Positions 26,412 to 39,621 of a stretch of 64,000 nucleotides of DNA are shown here, in pieces (within the stretch, counting starts at the first letter, position 1; every line of letters starts with the position of its first letter). Under the pieces are notes generated by a model. The model had not been told where the DNA came from. It saw nothing but the letters and a program-made list of their open reading frames with translations, and searched no databases. A program made the position numbers and the translations under genes. The stretch is from Octopus sinensis (taxonomy: Eukaryota). The stretch covers positions 173,538,001 through 173,602,000 of the forward strand of contig NC_042997.1 of assembly GCF_006345805.1 (NCBI RefSeq), given 5' to 3'.

Positions 26412-27690
26412 ATATTCTGAGCAGTTTTAAAGAATTCATCAGCTAATATAATTCAGAAGAATCGTTAAATCGGCGAAACAGTGCCTGCAGTATATAGATG
26501 CGGTACTATACATATTCAGTTGAAATCCCTTCGAAATCAACTTTACTTATCATTCTTTCCTTTCGATAAATTCAGAACCAGTCGTGCAAGGGAATTAATT
26601 TAATATTTCTATAAAGCCATCTTGATGCAAGAGTGATTATAACAGAAGACTAAAAACTTACGAAAACCACTTCTCTACTAAGTTCGGATTTACTCGACTA
26701 GGGAATTTGGTAGAAGATACTTGCTCATGGTGTCATGCTTTGCGATCCGTTCCGGAATCCCCTACTTTAGAGCTCACTTCCCTAACTGCAGAACGATCCT
26801 TCTGTCTGTCTGTCTGTTCGGCTGTTTGTATGTATGTATGTATGTATGTATGTATGTATGTGTGTGTGTATGTATGTATGTATGTATGTATGTATGTTTA
26901 TACGTGTGTGTGTGCGTGCGTGTGCTTGTGTAGTTGGACAAGGTTAGATATCTAACCCATATTCTTGCTTTACTCCATATTTGTTTTCCTTTCTTTCATT
27001 CTTTTTCTCTTCTTTCTTTCTTTCTTTCTTTCTTTCATTCATTCATTCTCTCTTTCTTCCAGTCTGTCTGTCTTTCCTTCTTCATTGTTTCCTTCTTTCT
27101 TGTTTTTCTTTATTTATCCTTTGTAATTAATTCCTACCCCTGGAATCCCGGAACACATAATCCATCGTTCTTACTGTACAGAGAGAAAGAGAGAGAGGGA
27201 GAAGGGAGTAGAGAGAGAGAGAGAGTGGGAGAGAAAGAGGCTGAGAGAGAGACAGAGGGAGAGAGAGAAGTGACTCAATACTTCTCACCAGGTCACACAA
27301 CACATTAAGTAAATCTCAGTTCTATCATACATACATCCTAATGGCAACTTTACTTTTTCTATGATCCATTAGAATGCCAGGGATCACGGCAGGCAGGTTT
27401 TGCCTTTTATGATCCACTGCAGCAGCCAGAAAACAATGACATTAGGCGATTCCTTTTTGTTGCCATCGATTTATTTAGTAGGGATCGGAGAAAGTAATAG
27501 CTTCTTTCTCTTTCACCGAGTTTACCCCTCCTCGTCAGTGAAAGGCATTATAACTATATCAGTGAATTCAATTTCATACCGTCACATATTATTTTCCTTC
27601 TTCTAAGATTTATTGCTCTCGGGATTAGGAGACAAACGGAAGATTATGTAACTTGTTTGTTTAAATTACTTGATGGTACTGTTATGTAAC

Positions 27691-27711
27691 AGTAGTAGTA
27701 GTTGCAGCAGC

Positions 27712-27743
<32 letters not shown>

Positions 27744-28271
27744 CTGTTGTTGTTGTTGTTGTTCTTCTTCTTCTTCTTTTTCTTCTCTTCTTCTTCTTCT
27801 TCTTCCTTCTTCTTCTTCTTCTTCTCTCTTCTTCTTCTTTTCTTCTTCTTCTTCTTCTTCTTCTCTTCTTCTTCTTCTTCTTCTTCTTCTTCTTCTTCTC
27901 TTCTTCTTCTTCTTCTTTTTCTTCTTCTTCTTCTTCTTCTTCTTCTTCTTCTTCATATTATTATTATTATTATTATTATCATTAAGGCAGTGAGCTGGCA
28001 GAATCGTTAGCACGCCGGGCGAAGTGCTTAGCAGCATTTCGTCCGTCTTTAAGTTCTGAGTTCAAATTCCGCTGAGGTCCGCTTTGCTTTTCATCCTTTC
28101 GAGGTTGATAAATGAGTGCTTGTTGAGCACTGGGGTTGATAAAATTGATTTACGCCCTCCCGCAAAATTTTGGGTTTTATGTTTAAAGTAGAAAAGATTA
28201 TTATTATTATTACTGTTGTTGTTGTTGCTGTTGTTGTGTTGTTGTTGTTGTTGTTGTTGTTGTTGCTGTTG

Positions 28272-28369
<98 letters not shown>

Positions 28370-28387
28370 TTTGTTGTTGTTGTTGTT
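27691..28387. repeat. Compound trinucleotide arrays flanking a B2 SINE (27986-28190)
   Basis: (AGT)(TGT)(TCT)(TAT), then the SINE, then (ATT)(GTT)(GCT) blocks. Confidence 0.95.
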
Positions 28388-28525
28388 CAGGTCACAGTCT
28401 GGAATGGAGCTCGGAATATTGGGGTTAGTAGCCCGTGCTCTTAACCTCTACGCGATATGCCTACGGACATAGCGCGGGCTATTAACCCCCAATATTCCGA
28501 GTTCGATTCCATGCTGTGACCTGAA
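28386..28525. mobile_element. Head-to-head inverted pair of short tRNA-derived SINEs
   Basis: ~52-bp arms carrying the B-box GTTCGATTCC and tRNA-like GGGCTACTAACCC; (AAC)n/(AAT)n tails point outward. Confidence 0.7.
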
Positions 28526-29597
28526 TAAAAATAATAATATACAACTGTAAACTATCCATATATTACAGAAAAAAAAAATCGTTACTGATCAGCCATGAGA
28601 CTCGAACTCACATCCCTGTGATTACGCGTCAAGTGCTTTACCTCGAGTTAGAACTAATAGAATAGGTTTTTCAAACCGGGTCCAGCCCTTCATACATTGC
28701 CAAATATACTATCTCTATCACCACGCAATATTCAGGTCGTGTTACTATAATGGTGGGGGGTATTGTTCGTAGCAGTGATGGAAGAGATGGTAGGGAGTCG
28801 GGGTGAGACCGAATTTGCATTGTTTATGCTGTTTTTATTTTTAGCCCCACATTATCTCTTATCAAGAAAACATTTACCCAAAATGCATTGCGGCCGTGAC
28901 TTTACCCGTGCAACTACCAACTTCGCGTCAGTTCTTTCAACTTATACCTTACTCCCAGTCTTGTCACTCATATTGTATCTAGGACTACATTATCCAGTGT
29001 GTCCTTACTTTTTTTTCAGACAGCAGACTGTAATATCAAGCGGATTTAGTACTTGTCTTTAGCAGTTCGAGAGGCAATATAGAGGCACGTTAGTTGGTAT
29101 TTGTGGTTGTCATGGAGTTATTTGTAATTATGTAACATCCAGAAGAAAAGCGGGTTGAATTGACAGAATCGTTAGAGCGTCGAACAAAATTCTTTGCGGT
29201 ATTTCTCATGACCCATTAAATTCTGAGTTCAAATCCGAGGTCAGCTTTACCCTTCATCTCTTCAGGGTCGACAAAATAAGGTACCAGTCAAGTACTGGGT
29301 AAATATGTTCGACTAACCCCTTGCCTTCAACATTTCAGATCTTGTGTACGTGTTAGAAACTACCATTTAATATACATATCAATCTTGATGGAGCGTATAT
29401 TTGATCCAAGTCGTTCCAGCTGTGGCCATTCCTGCTACTTTGTATATGGGTGATTACATTGTTCAATGTATGGACTATTGTTCAATGTATGGACTATTGT
29501 TCAATGTAAGGAAGAGAGTGAAGATTGACGAAAGCACTCGGCAGCCATTTTGCCGGTCTCATGTATGTGTGTGTGTGTGTATATATATATGTGTGTG

Positions 29598-29631
<34 letters not shown>

Positions 29632-30523
29632 CATATATACATATAATATATATATAGTATATATGTATATACAGAGAGAGAGTGTGTGTATATATGTATG
29701 ATTGTGTGTGCTGTGTTTGTGTACTCAGATGGTGTGTGTGTGTGTGTATAAACACATACATATGATATATATATATATAACAAAAGGACACATATGCACA
29801 TGTCTCTGTGTGTGTATAAATAAATAGGTACGTATATATATATACTCATGCATAAATATATGTTTATATATGTATATATATATACACTTATATATGTGTG
29901 TGTGTGTGTACGCGTGCGGGTGTGAGTGTGTGAGTGCATGCATGTATATATATATATATGTGTGTGTGTATATTTATGCATATATATATATATATATATA
30001 GCGCATACAAACGCACAAATATACACCAACACACGTATACACGCACACATCCCCACTCTCACTTGACAGCCAATCCATCATGAAGAAGAAAAAGAGACTC
30101 GACTGTAGAATTAGATGGAAGGACAAGTCGAGTAAAGTGGCGGTTAGGTGAGTTGTGGCAAATGCGATAATGGTGGTTGAGGGCAGCTTGCAATCGCACA
30201 GAGACATATGTCGAAGGCCTGTGTAACGAGGGCGCATTGGAAAGCCTGCAGGGATCCATGGCAAAAGTACGGAGAACAATAAAACAAATAATGTGGTATA
30301 GGCAGTAGTAGGTGCGCCTGGCTGGTCGGCTGGCTGGCTGGCTGGCTGAGTGTATACGTAGGAAGGTATATGTGTTTATGAATTAGTGTATGTTATGTGT
30401 GTGAATTTGCAACCTATCTCTGTGTAAGTATGTATGTATCTATCTATGTATCTATGCATTTGTGAGTGTATATGTGGGGGCATATACTCTTATGCACGCA
30501 CGCACGCGTGCATACACACACAC

Positions 30524-30578
<55 letters not shown>

Positions 30579-30674
30579 TAATCCAAACAAGAAAACAAAA
30601 AGACAACAACGCAAAGAGGTGGTACAATTAAAGTATTATTATTAGGTGCTCAGGAAAAACGGGAAGAAGGAGGG

Positions 30675-30706
30675 TATGACGTTTCGAGCGGAGCTCTTCG
30701 TCGGAA
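30675..30706 (-). ncRNA. Hammerhead-like motif (U4C variant) in a Penelope-like relic
   Basis: Minus strand CCGACGA-A-GAGC-TCC-GCTC-GAAA-CG-TC; stem I weak. Confidence 0.45.
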
Positions 30707-30732
30707 TATATATATATATATTTATATATATA

Positions 30733-31065
30733 CAGGGTGACCCAAAAGTAGGTTTGCAGTTATCACGTAGGCACTTTAAATTTCTTTTAAAACATTTATC
30801 ATATTTAAATTTCTATCTTACAAACTGAAAAAGGGAGCTTGACAAAACTAAATTAGCGTTGTATAATGGTTTCAGATTCTCTAATAATTAAAATCTAAAC
30901 TGAGTGGCTGTGTGGTAAGAGGCTTGCTTACCAACCACATTGTTCCGGGTTCAGTCCCATTGCGTGGGACCTTGGGCAAGTGTCTTCTACTATAGCCTCG
31001 GGCCGACCAAAGCCTTGTGAGTGGATTTGGTAGACGGAAACTAAAAGAAGCCCGTCGCATATATG

Positions 31066-31097
<32 letters not shown>

Positions 31098-31098
31098 C

Positions 31099-31157
<59 letters not shown>

Positions 31158-31416
31158 TCCCCCCAACATCGCTTGACAATCGATGCTGGTATGTTTACGT
31201 CCCCGTAACTTAGCGGTTCGGCAAAAGTGACCGATAGAATAAGTACTAGGCTTACAAAGGATAAGTCCTGGGGTCGATTTTCTCGATTAAAGGCGGTTCT
31301 CCAGCATGGCCGCAGTCAGATGACTGAAACAAGTAAAAGAGTAAAAGAGTAAATGTTAATATATGAATGCGAAAGAGATAGTTCAATAACTGTAAACCTA
31401 CTTTCGGGCCACCCTG
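30733..31416. mobile_element. Tc1/mariner MITE interrupted by a C-D SINE
   Basis: TIR CAGGGTGACCCAAAAGTAGGTTTGCAGTT / AACTGTAAACCTACTTTCGGGCCACCCTG; TA on both sides. Confidence 0.82.
30902..31352 (+). mobile_element. Composite SINE C-microsatellite-D, near full length
   Basis: C head, (TA)(TG) linker, D tail with GTAAAAGA repeats. Confidence 0.9.
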
Positions 31417-31718
31417 TATAATACGCATACATATAAACGAGTATGCTTAGAAACGAAAGAAAATGAACTCAATTCATGATGTAGAGTAAAGGCAACAAAC
31501 TGTCATAATCTTTTTACGCCAGGCAAAATGCTTGGCGGCATTTCACCCGGTTTTACGTTCCTAGTACATAAATTCCGCCGATGTTGACTTCGTTCTTCAT
31601 CCTTTCGGGGTTGATAAAAATAATTACTAGTTGAGGACTAGGGTCGATGTAGTCGCATTACCTCCTCCCTCGAAATTAATGGCCGCGTACAAAAATTTGA
31701 AACCAATATATGATATAG

Positions 31719-32126
31719 TCCACAACGTGTGGACAATGTTGAAGGCAGACGAGAAAAGAGTGAGCGCTTTTGAAATGTGGTGTTACTGCAGAATCCTTAG
31801 AGTGTCGTGGACGGAGAGAAGGACGAACAACTGGGTACTAGAAAAGCTCGGTTGCGAGATGACTCTTCGGCGAAACATCGTGAAGCGGAAGCTAAATTTC
31901 TTTGGCCACGCCATGCGCCGAGATGGACTTGAGCGAACGATCATAACTGGTAAGGTGAACGGCAGACGTAAAAGAGGCAGACTACCCACTTCTTGGCTGA
32001 GAGACATCGCAGCCACAAGATTGTCTTTATTCTCAGCTGTCCATGGGGTAGAGGACAGGAGAAGGTGGCAAGAAACTGTGATGACCACAGCATCACATAG
32101 TGCGACACCTGACTAGGATGATGATG
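31719..32126 (+). mobile_element. 5'-truncated RTE-clade LINE (ORF C-terminus) with (GAT)n tail
   Basis: AFEMWCYCRILRVSWTE...KRKLNFFGHAMRR...GRRKRGR is the RTE C-terminal signature; 11-bp TSD ATATGATATAG (31708-31718 / 32127-32137); inserted at the tail of a B2 SINE (31515-31705). Confidence 0.9.
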
Positions 32127-34108
32127 ATATGATATAGAGTTGATATTAGAAATCAGTTTAGGATTCTAACTGTTACCATTCAGATTTTACACATTCGTCT
32201 AGACGTATGCGTGGGCTCGTCCAGACAGTATTTGGTGAATGGAAGTAACATAGCATCAGTGGCAAACTAGTTTAGCTAATACTCATTGATCAAGGTGTAA
32301 GAAGTGATCCAGTATATAGAAGCCAAGAAATATCCTTATTGCTTGACAGTTATTGTGTAAAAAAAAGAACTCGATTCCGACCTAGAATCACCTGGAGGAA
32401 GGTGCTTCACGATGTACAGAATCGTTTGGGTGTGTGGTGAATCGCCACTCCGTAGATTTCTGAAATTATGGAAGCTTTTCAGGGAGAATTTTTGTTCTCT
32501 GATGATGATGATAAGGTAACACACCTCTGATATACGTTTGTGATATCACTGGATGTTTTAATATGTGCGACTTTTTAGTTGTGCATAGCTAGATTTTGGG
32601 AACTCAGTTTGTTGCAAAGTATCAAAGCCGATAATGGTTCTCTTTTAAAATCTGCGATCTTTGAATTTTCAGTCGAATTGGAACAAGATCGAGGAGGTAG
32701 TCCTGTCAGTACTTCTTCAAAATATTATAAATATGCTGTATGTCCTTACTTTGGAAAGGCAAAAAACCCTTTGATTAGGCAGAAAGAGAAATTTCTATAG
32801 CTTATAGTAGGCTCTTGGAATGCCAACTTACTTATAACTGATGTTGACCGAGCATGAATAGATGTCCTTAATGTTACTGGACTCAAATGGATTGTTTTAT
32901 TTGTGTTATAGGTGGGAAATATCTTAGCAGAGACACCACATCCCTAGCAATACTAGTAGCATCATTTAGGATTAATAGCGGAGAACACCAAGTTACCTTC
33001 ATGTTTCTCACACACACTAACACTCAGAAATAAAAGAATATATTTTTGAGGTATAAATTATTACTGATTTACTCATATTAATAGGTTCTTACGTTGCACA
33101 CCAATCTTGGAATCTGTATGATTACTCTCGCCAAGCTCCTCGAACAAAACTCATATAGAAACTGAGAGTTGAGTATTATATGATACGTATACATGGGTTA
33201 CATATGTATCAAACACACAAAAAATCACGCACGTGCACACAAACAATTTGCAAAATCTGTGTCTATACATGCAGAAACTGCGTACGTTTGTAAAATGGTT
33301 ATAATATAGTGTCGTACATTAACTGGTGTATGTATTCGTTTACATACTTGTCGGTGTATCTTTCTATCTTAATTCCAGTTATACATCTATACATGTATAC
33401 CGTTATGTTATGATATAATATCATAATATATTGTGTTGCTAATATCATTGTATTATCTCTGTGTGGAGGTATGCTTCATATCGTACTTAGCATGTATTAA
33501 TCTCAAAACGAGCAACAATTCTTTTTCTCTTCTACTAAAGCAGCACTCGTCTTCCGTATGTAGACAGATTCAGTAACTTGTTAAAATGTCGGATCTGTGG
33601 GTGCGTGTATAGGATTTACAAGCTATCCTTGATTATCAACCTGTCATGTGTTTTTTTTCAAGGCAGTTAGCAAAGTAGAAGCGCTAGTTTCTTTTCATTG
33701 CTTGTGTACATGTGCTTCACAAATACCTCAAGTGTATTATGGCTACATCTTACCTATAAATAAACGTATTGCTTCTACACATATGCATACAAATATACAA
33801 CACAAGTATACGTGAACAAAGAGACTTACACATATCCATACGTTGTTACGTAGACTAACATCTATGGCCTCCCTCACCGCCACCACTATCTCCAATGCGA
33901 ACACAACGCCAATATATAATGTACAAAGAGCAAAGAGAAAACGTAAATGATAAGTTCATGGGAAAGACTACATACGTATAAATAATATCGACAGCAAAGT
34001 CATTTAATAACAAAGAGTGCATGTCATTTCCTTGAAAGAACGACACTTCTTAATTATACTGATATTGCATTCAGCACACTACTTCATATTCATAACCTTG
34101 CGGAATAA

Positions 34109-34470
34109 GGCGGCGAGCTGACAGAATCGTTAGCACGCCGGGCGAAACGCTTAGTGGTATTTCGTCTGCCGCACTGGGGTCGATATAATCGACTTAATCC
34201 GTTTGTCTGTCCTTGTTTGTCCTCTCTGTGTTTAGCCCCTTGTGGGTAGTAAAGAAATAGGTATTTCGTCTGCCGCTACGTTCTGAGTTCAAATTCCGCC
34301 GAGGTTGACTTTGCCTTTCATCCTTTCGGCGTCGATTAAATAAATACCAGTTACGCACTGTCCTTGTTTGTCCTTGTTTGTCCTTGTTTGTCCCCTCTGA
34401 GTTTAGACCCTTGTGGGTAGTAAAGAAATAGGTATTTCACCCGATTTTACTTTCTAAGTTCAAATTCCGC
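34109..34470 (+). mobile_element. SINE B array (head plus three body starts)
   Basis: AAGAAATA|GGTATTTC junctions at 34259/34260 and 34430/34431; internal deletions. Confidence 0.85.
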
Positions 34471-34809
34471 CGGATCTTTCCTGTTTGGTTACCAGTGGCT
34501 CCAAAAATTAAAGATTACTGAAAATTTTATAATTTGGCACAATAATACACTTTCCCAAACGGAACTGCTGGAGATATTTCATTTTTTTTTTTTGTTTCCA
34601 GAAAAATGTTTTTAAAAAGTTATAGAGGTTTAAAGTTTGTCGGATCTTTCCTGTTTGGTTACCAGTGGCTCAAAAACTTAAAGTTTACTGAAAATTTTAT
34701 AATTTGGCACAATAACACACTTTCCCAAACTGAACTGCTGGAGATATTTCATTTTTTTTTTTGTTTCCAGAAAAATGTTTTTAAAAAGTTATAGAGGTTT
34801 AAAGTTTGT
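34471..34809. repeat. Tandem duplication, 170/169-bp unit
   Basis: Units start CGGATCTTTCC at 34471 and 34641 and are near identical. Confidence 0.92.
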
Positions 34810-36417
34810 ACATTTTCACCCAGTCAGGAAACAGGATTTGAAAGCTGTTATTTTGTGCATGACTGCACATTTTACTGTCAACATCCTGAAAATAGGACAT
34901 GTCTCAATATTTGTAAACAACACGTGTTATGTCACCGGTGATTTCCTTTCATGCAAATAAATCTTATTTGGCTGTTATTTTTAGCACACCTCACAACCAC
35001 CAATGTTTAATGCAAATGCGATAAACAACACATTACATGTAGTAAGCACATTACAATTTCTAACAGAAAGATTTAAAAGAATTAGATGAAAGTTCTCCGG
35101 TAATTTTCTTTAATGTAAATAAATGTTTATGTTAATTTAAAAGAGAAAAACAGTTAGTTTTAAATCTGTGATCGAGATGTTGGCAAATAAACTTTAATTT
35201 AAAAGATTTATTTAGCTGTTATTTTTAGCACACCTCACAACCACCTCAATGCTCAATAACGAAACGAAACAAACATTAAACAAACAATTTAAGTATGTTT
35301 AATTACAATTTAAATGTGCTTAAAAAACAAACATTTAACTTTCGGTTTCAATTTTAAAAATATCCTCCTTTGTTTTTAATGTTTCCATAATAGAAGCTAA
35401 GTTACTGGAGCATGCTGCCATAATCGCACAGAACACAGAACACAACATCAAATTCGTCAACACGTGCTTCCTCACAGATAAAAGACTTCTCAAAGACTGC
35501 TCGGATTCGCTTGTTACTATGGCAACAGGCACGTTGAAGAAAAAAAAAAGAGTTCTCATGTTCCGCTTCTTACTATCGAAATAGCCATGAATGTATCTGT
35601 GGCTTACGATTGGCTAAAATTACCAAAAATTTCAAACTTTAATTACTAATAACTCTTTATTTATTGATTTATAGGGAAAATTACTTTCACGTCATTAATT
35701 AGCCTATAAAAGTGTATCATTGCACTGAATATGAAATCAATTCGAACAGTAAATTGACGCTGGCGGCCGCTGGCAACCAAACAAAAAATATCTACTTTGC
35801 CTTCTATCCTTTCGGGGTCGATAAAAAAAGTACCAGTTAAACACTGGGGTCGATCTAATCGACTTACCCTACCCTTAGAACTTGCTAGCCTTGTGCAAAA
35901 ATCTGAAATCAGTAATCATGCGAGCTAAGTGTCGTTAGCACGCCGGGCGAAAAACTTAGCAGCATTTCGTCCGTCTTCAGGTTCTGGGTTCAAATCTGCC
36001 GCGGTCAACTTTGCATTTCATCCTTTCGTGGTCGATAAAATAAGTACCAATTAAAAACTGGGGTCGATGTCATCGACTTACCTCCTCCTCCCTCGTTGAA
36101 GAGAGAGTGAGAGAGAAAAAAGAATTCCTTACAATGCATATTGATACGGTTGAGAAAGGCATCAAATTTGAATAATCGTGGGTAAAACACATAAGGTAAT
36201 TCCCAAGCATTTTGCCTCATCTAAAAGAGAAAAAAATCCAACACCCCTACGAGGCGTCTCAGCCTTATTGAAATGGTAGCCAATTTTTCCATAAATTATA
36301 TCCTACCACATTTTTTAAAGGGCAAAATGGATACAATGTTTTTCGAAAAAGACGGAATGAGTAAGGCTTAACAGTACCTTTGACCATAAGTTTACTCATT
36401 CAAGACTGAACAGGTCA

Positions 36418-36435
36418 ACAACAACAACAACAACA

Positions 36436-36497
<62 letters not shown>

Positions 36498-36676
36498 AGA
36501 CATAATGTTTCTGTTGTTGCTACTTTTGTTGTGAAACATTTGAAAGTTTTAGAAACATCGAAACCAAAGACAGATAGATGAATGAATGAATTGATGGATG
36601 GATGGATGGATGGATGGATGGATGGATGGATGGATGGATGGATGGATGAATGGATGGATGGATACATGGCTGGCTG

Positions 36677-36729
<53 letters not shown>

Positions 36730-36742
36730 GTAGGTAGGTAGG

Positions 36743-36799
<57 letters not shown>

Positions 36800-37069
36800 G
36801 GATGGATGGATGGATGGATGGATGGATGGATGGATGGATGGATGGATAGATGATAGATAGATTGATAGAAAGGAAGAAAGCAAGAAAGATAGATAGATAG
36901 ATAGATAGAAAGAGAGAGAAGAGAATGAGAGAGAGAGAGAGAGACGGAGAAAGGAAGTGAGAAAGAAGAGGGAAAGATGTTAAAAGACAAATAGTGGAGC
37001 GAGAATTAAAAAAGAAATGGGAGAGAGAGAGAGAGAGAGAGCGAAAGAGACAGTAAGAGAGAGACAGGG

Positions 37070-37105
<36 letters not shown>

Positions 37106-37120
37106 AGAAAAGTAAAAGAG
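36418..37120. repeat. Compound (AAC)(TAC), (GATG)(GATA)(GGTA) and (GA) microsatellites
   Basis: Directly visible. Confidence 0.95.
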
Positions 37121-37514
37121 ACAGATAGGATGGAAAGGTGAAGAATGAGAGTGTAGGAGGAGAATAGGAATAGGGTGGAGACTAAGTTTGTTATTTTAGC
37201 TAACCTCTTTATGACTAAGAAAACAACGGGTACAACAACAATAGTTTCTCATTTCATAACAACAACAACAACGACAAGAGCAGAAAAGGGTGGCATACAC
37301 ACACACTTCGCCATGTCATAGGTACTGCCCCCCCCCCCTTACCTCCCTACTTCATCTATTGCTAGTAACTTACCCCCCCCCCCAGCCCCGCACACACACA
37401 CGCACACACGCACGCACGCACGCACGCATATACACATATACACACAGAGACACACGGAGAGTGTGAGGTCTATCTAATTATGACACGACCACCCACGCCA
37501 TCCACCGCCGCCGT

Positions 37515-37804
37515 CGCTGTCGACGTCGTCGTCGTCGTGGTGGTGGTGGTGGTGGCAGAACGAATGAGACAACCATCGTTCGTCACCACCAACACCACCG
37601 CCATCATCATCATCATCATCGTCATTATCACCACAGCCACCTTCACCAGCAGCAGCACCACCAGTACCACCACTGCGACAACAATCCACTTCTCCGATAT
37701 CCGTCGTTGCCGTCACCGTAGAAACACTATCGTCGTCACCGCTGCCGCCATCCGCCACCACCAGACCACCACCACCACCACCACCACCACCACCACTACT
37801 ACTG

Positions 37805-37842
<38 letters not shown>

Positions 37843-37849
37843 GTTTATT

Positions 37850-37884
<35 letters not shown>

Positions 37885-37907
37885 TATCATTATTATTATT
37901 ATTATTA

Positions 37908-37940
<33 letters not shown>
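37515..37940. repeat. Compound trinucleotide array (GTC)(GTG)(CAC)(TAC)(CAT)(TAT)
   Basis: Directly visible. Confidence 0.93.
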
Positions 37941-39180
37941 GTAGTCCGCTATAGTGCGCCCATCCTGAAATGGACATAAGTGGATATTGACCAACTTGAT
38001 CGCACAACACGAAAGACAATGACAATGCATGGTACCCCCCCACCCAAAGGCAAATGTACACAGGCTTTACATGGAGAGAGGTAAAGGTGGATGTGGGTTA
38101 TTAACATACGGGAGTCCATCAGCAATGAAAGAAGAAACATGGCAGAAAATTTTTTGTAAGCAGCAAACAAGACCTGCTACAGTATGCCGCTAATGTAAAA
38201 GGAGTTAACAAAAATGGACTTGAGAGTGCTCATGAATTCCGATTAAGAACAGCCAACGAGAGAGAAGAAACCTTACTCCGTAAGGAATTACATGGTCAGT
38301 TCCACCCTGAAACCAATAGATTAAAAGACCAAGAAACATCATGGAGGTGGCTCAACAAGGGCGACCTAAAAAAGAACACTGAAAGCTTAATCATCTCTGC
38401 CCAGGGCCGGGCATTGAATACCAACTCAGTGAAAAAGAATATATACCACACAAGTGCATCGGACCTCTGCAGAATGTGTGGGACGAGGGTCGAAAGTGTG
38501 ACTTACATTGTTAGTGCTTGTGAAAGTCTTACACAGAAGGAGTACAGGCGTAGACACGACAAGGTAGCCCAAAACCTCCACTGGCTACTATGCCGTAAAT
38601 ATGGATTTGAGGTTATGGGTGCTTGTACCACAACATACACCGGAAAAGGTAATGGACGAAAAGGGGAAGGCAAAAATCCTCTAGGACTTTTATTTCCAGA
38701 CAGACAAGGTGTTAGAGCACCGAAGGCTGGATATAGTAACCTTTAGGAGGGACAAACAAGAGTGCCTAATAATCGACGTGGCAGTGCCAGGAGATCAACA
38801 TATCATCATGAAAGAGAAAAGGTTGATAAACATGGTGGCCTAAGAATTGAGATCGTTAAAATGGGACAACTATGAGAGTCGAATATAAAGGTTATTCTTA
38901 TTATTGTCGGAGCATTAGGTTCAATACCACCCAATCTGAAAAAAAAAGAAAAACATCTGAAAACCTTAGAAATACCTTACAATCTAGATGTTTTGCAAAA
39001 GTCGGCATTTCTTGGAGCTGTACGCATGTTGCATAAAGTACTGTATGAGGTCCTTGTTGCGACTTGGCAAACAGTACAAAACCCCAGTAGACACAATATC
39101 TTCAATCAACAACCTCACGATATTGTATACTTTGCGACGTCTATAATAATAATAATAATAATATAATATAATAATAATAA
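37941..39180 (+). mobile_element. 5'-truncated R4/Dong-like non-LTR retrotransposon (RT C-terminus, CCHC-type zinc knuckle, RLE), decayed
   Basis: VVRYSAPILKW...LDRTTRKTMTMHG...HRLYMERGKGG; CRMCG...IVSAC...RRHDKVAQNLHWLLC; (P>L)DIV...IIDVAVP; IIVGALG; (TAA)n tail. Confidence 0.85.
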
Positions 39181-39186
39181 CTCTTT

Positions 39187-39298
39187 CACCGGTACTTAAT
39201 TTATCGACACCGAAAGGATGAAAGACAAAGTCGACCCCGGCGTAGTTTGAACTCAAACGTAAAGATGGATGAAATACCTATTTCTTTATTGCCCCAAC
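39187..39298 (-). mobile_element. SINE B tail fused to a B body
   Basis: Same AAGAAATA|GGTATTTC junction at 39279/39278. Confidence 0.75.
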
Positions 39299-39496
39299 AA
39301 CAACACTGGTCTGCATCATTTTCTTTATTGGCTGTATTGTGTCTTTTTCGAAATATATATGAAAAATAGTGATTCTTGGTTGTTTTGTAATCATCTCTAT
39401 CACATGAGGTTCTCAAGTTATGCAGACACGTTATATCTCTTCTTCTATGACATAAGTACATGATAAAGTATATTACCAATGAAATATAAGATATTG

Positions 39497-39621
39497 CCGG
39501 AGCATCGTGGAGCTTTTAGGTGTTTTCGCTCAATAAACACACACAATGCCCGGTCTGGGACTCGAAACCGCGATCCTCCGACCGAGAGTCCGCTGCCCTA
39601 ACCACTGGGCCATTGCGCCTC
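39497..39621 (-). mobile_element. SINE A head fragment
   Basis: Matches 7459-7580. Confidence 0.8.
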
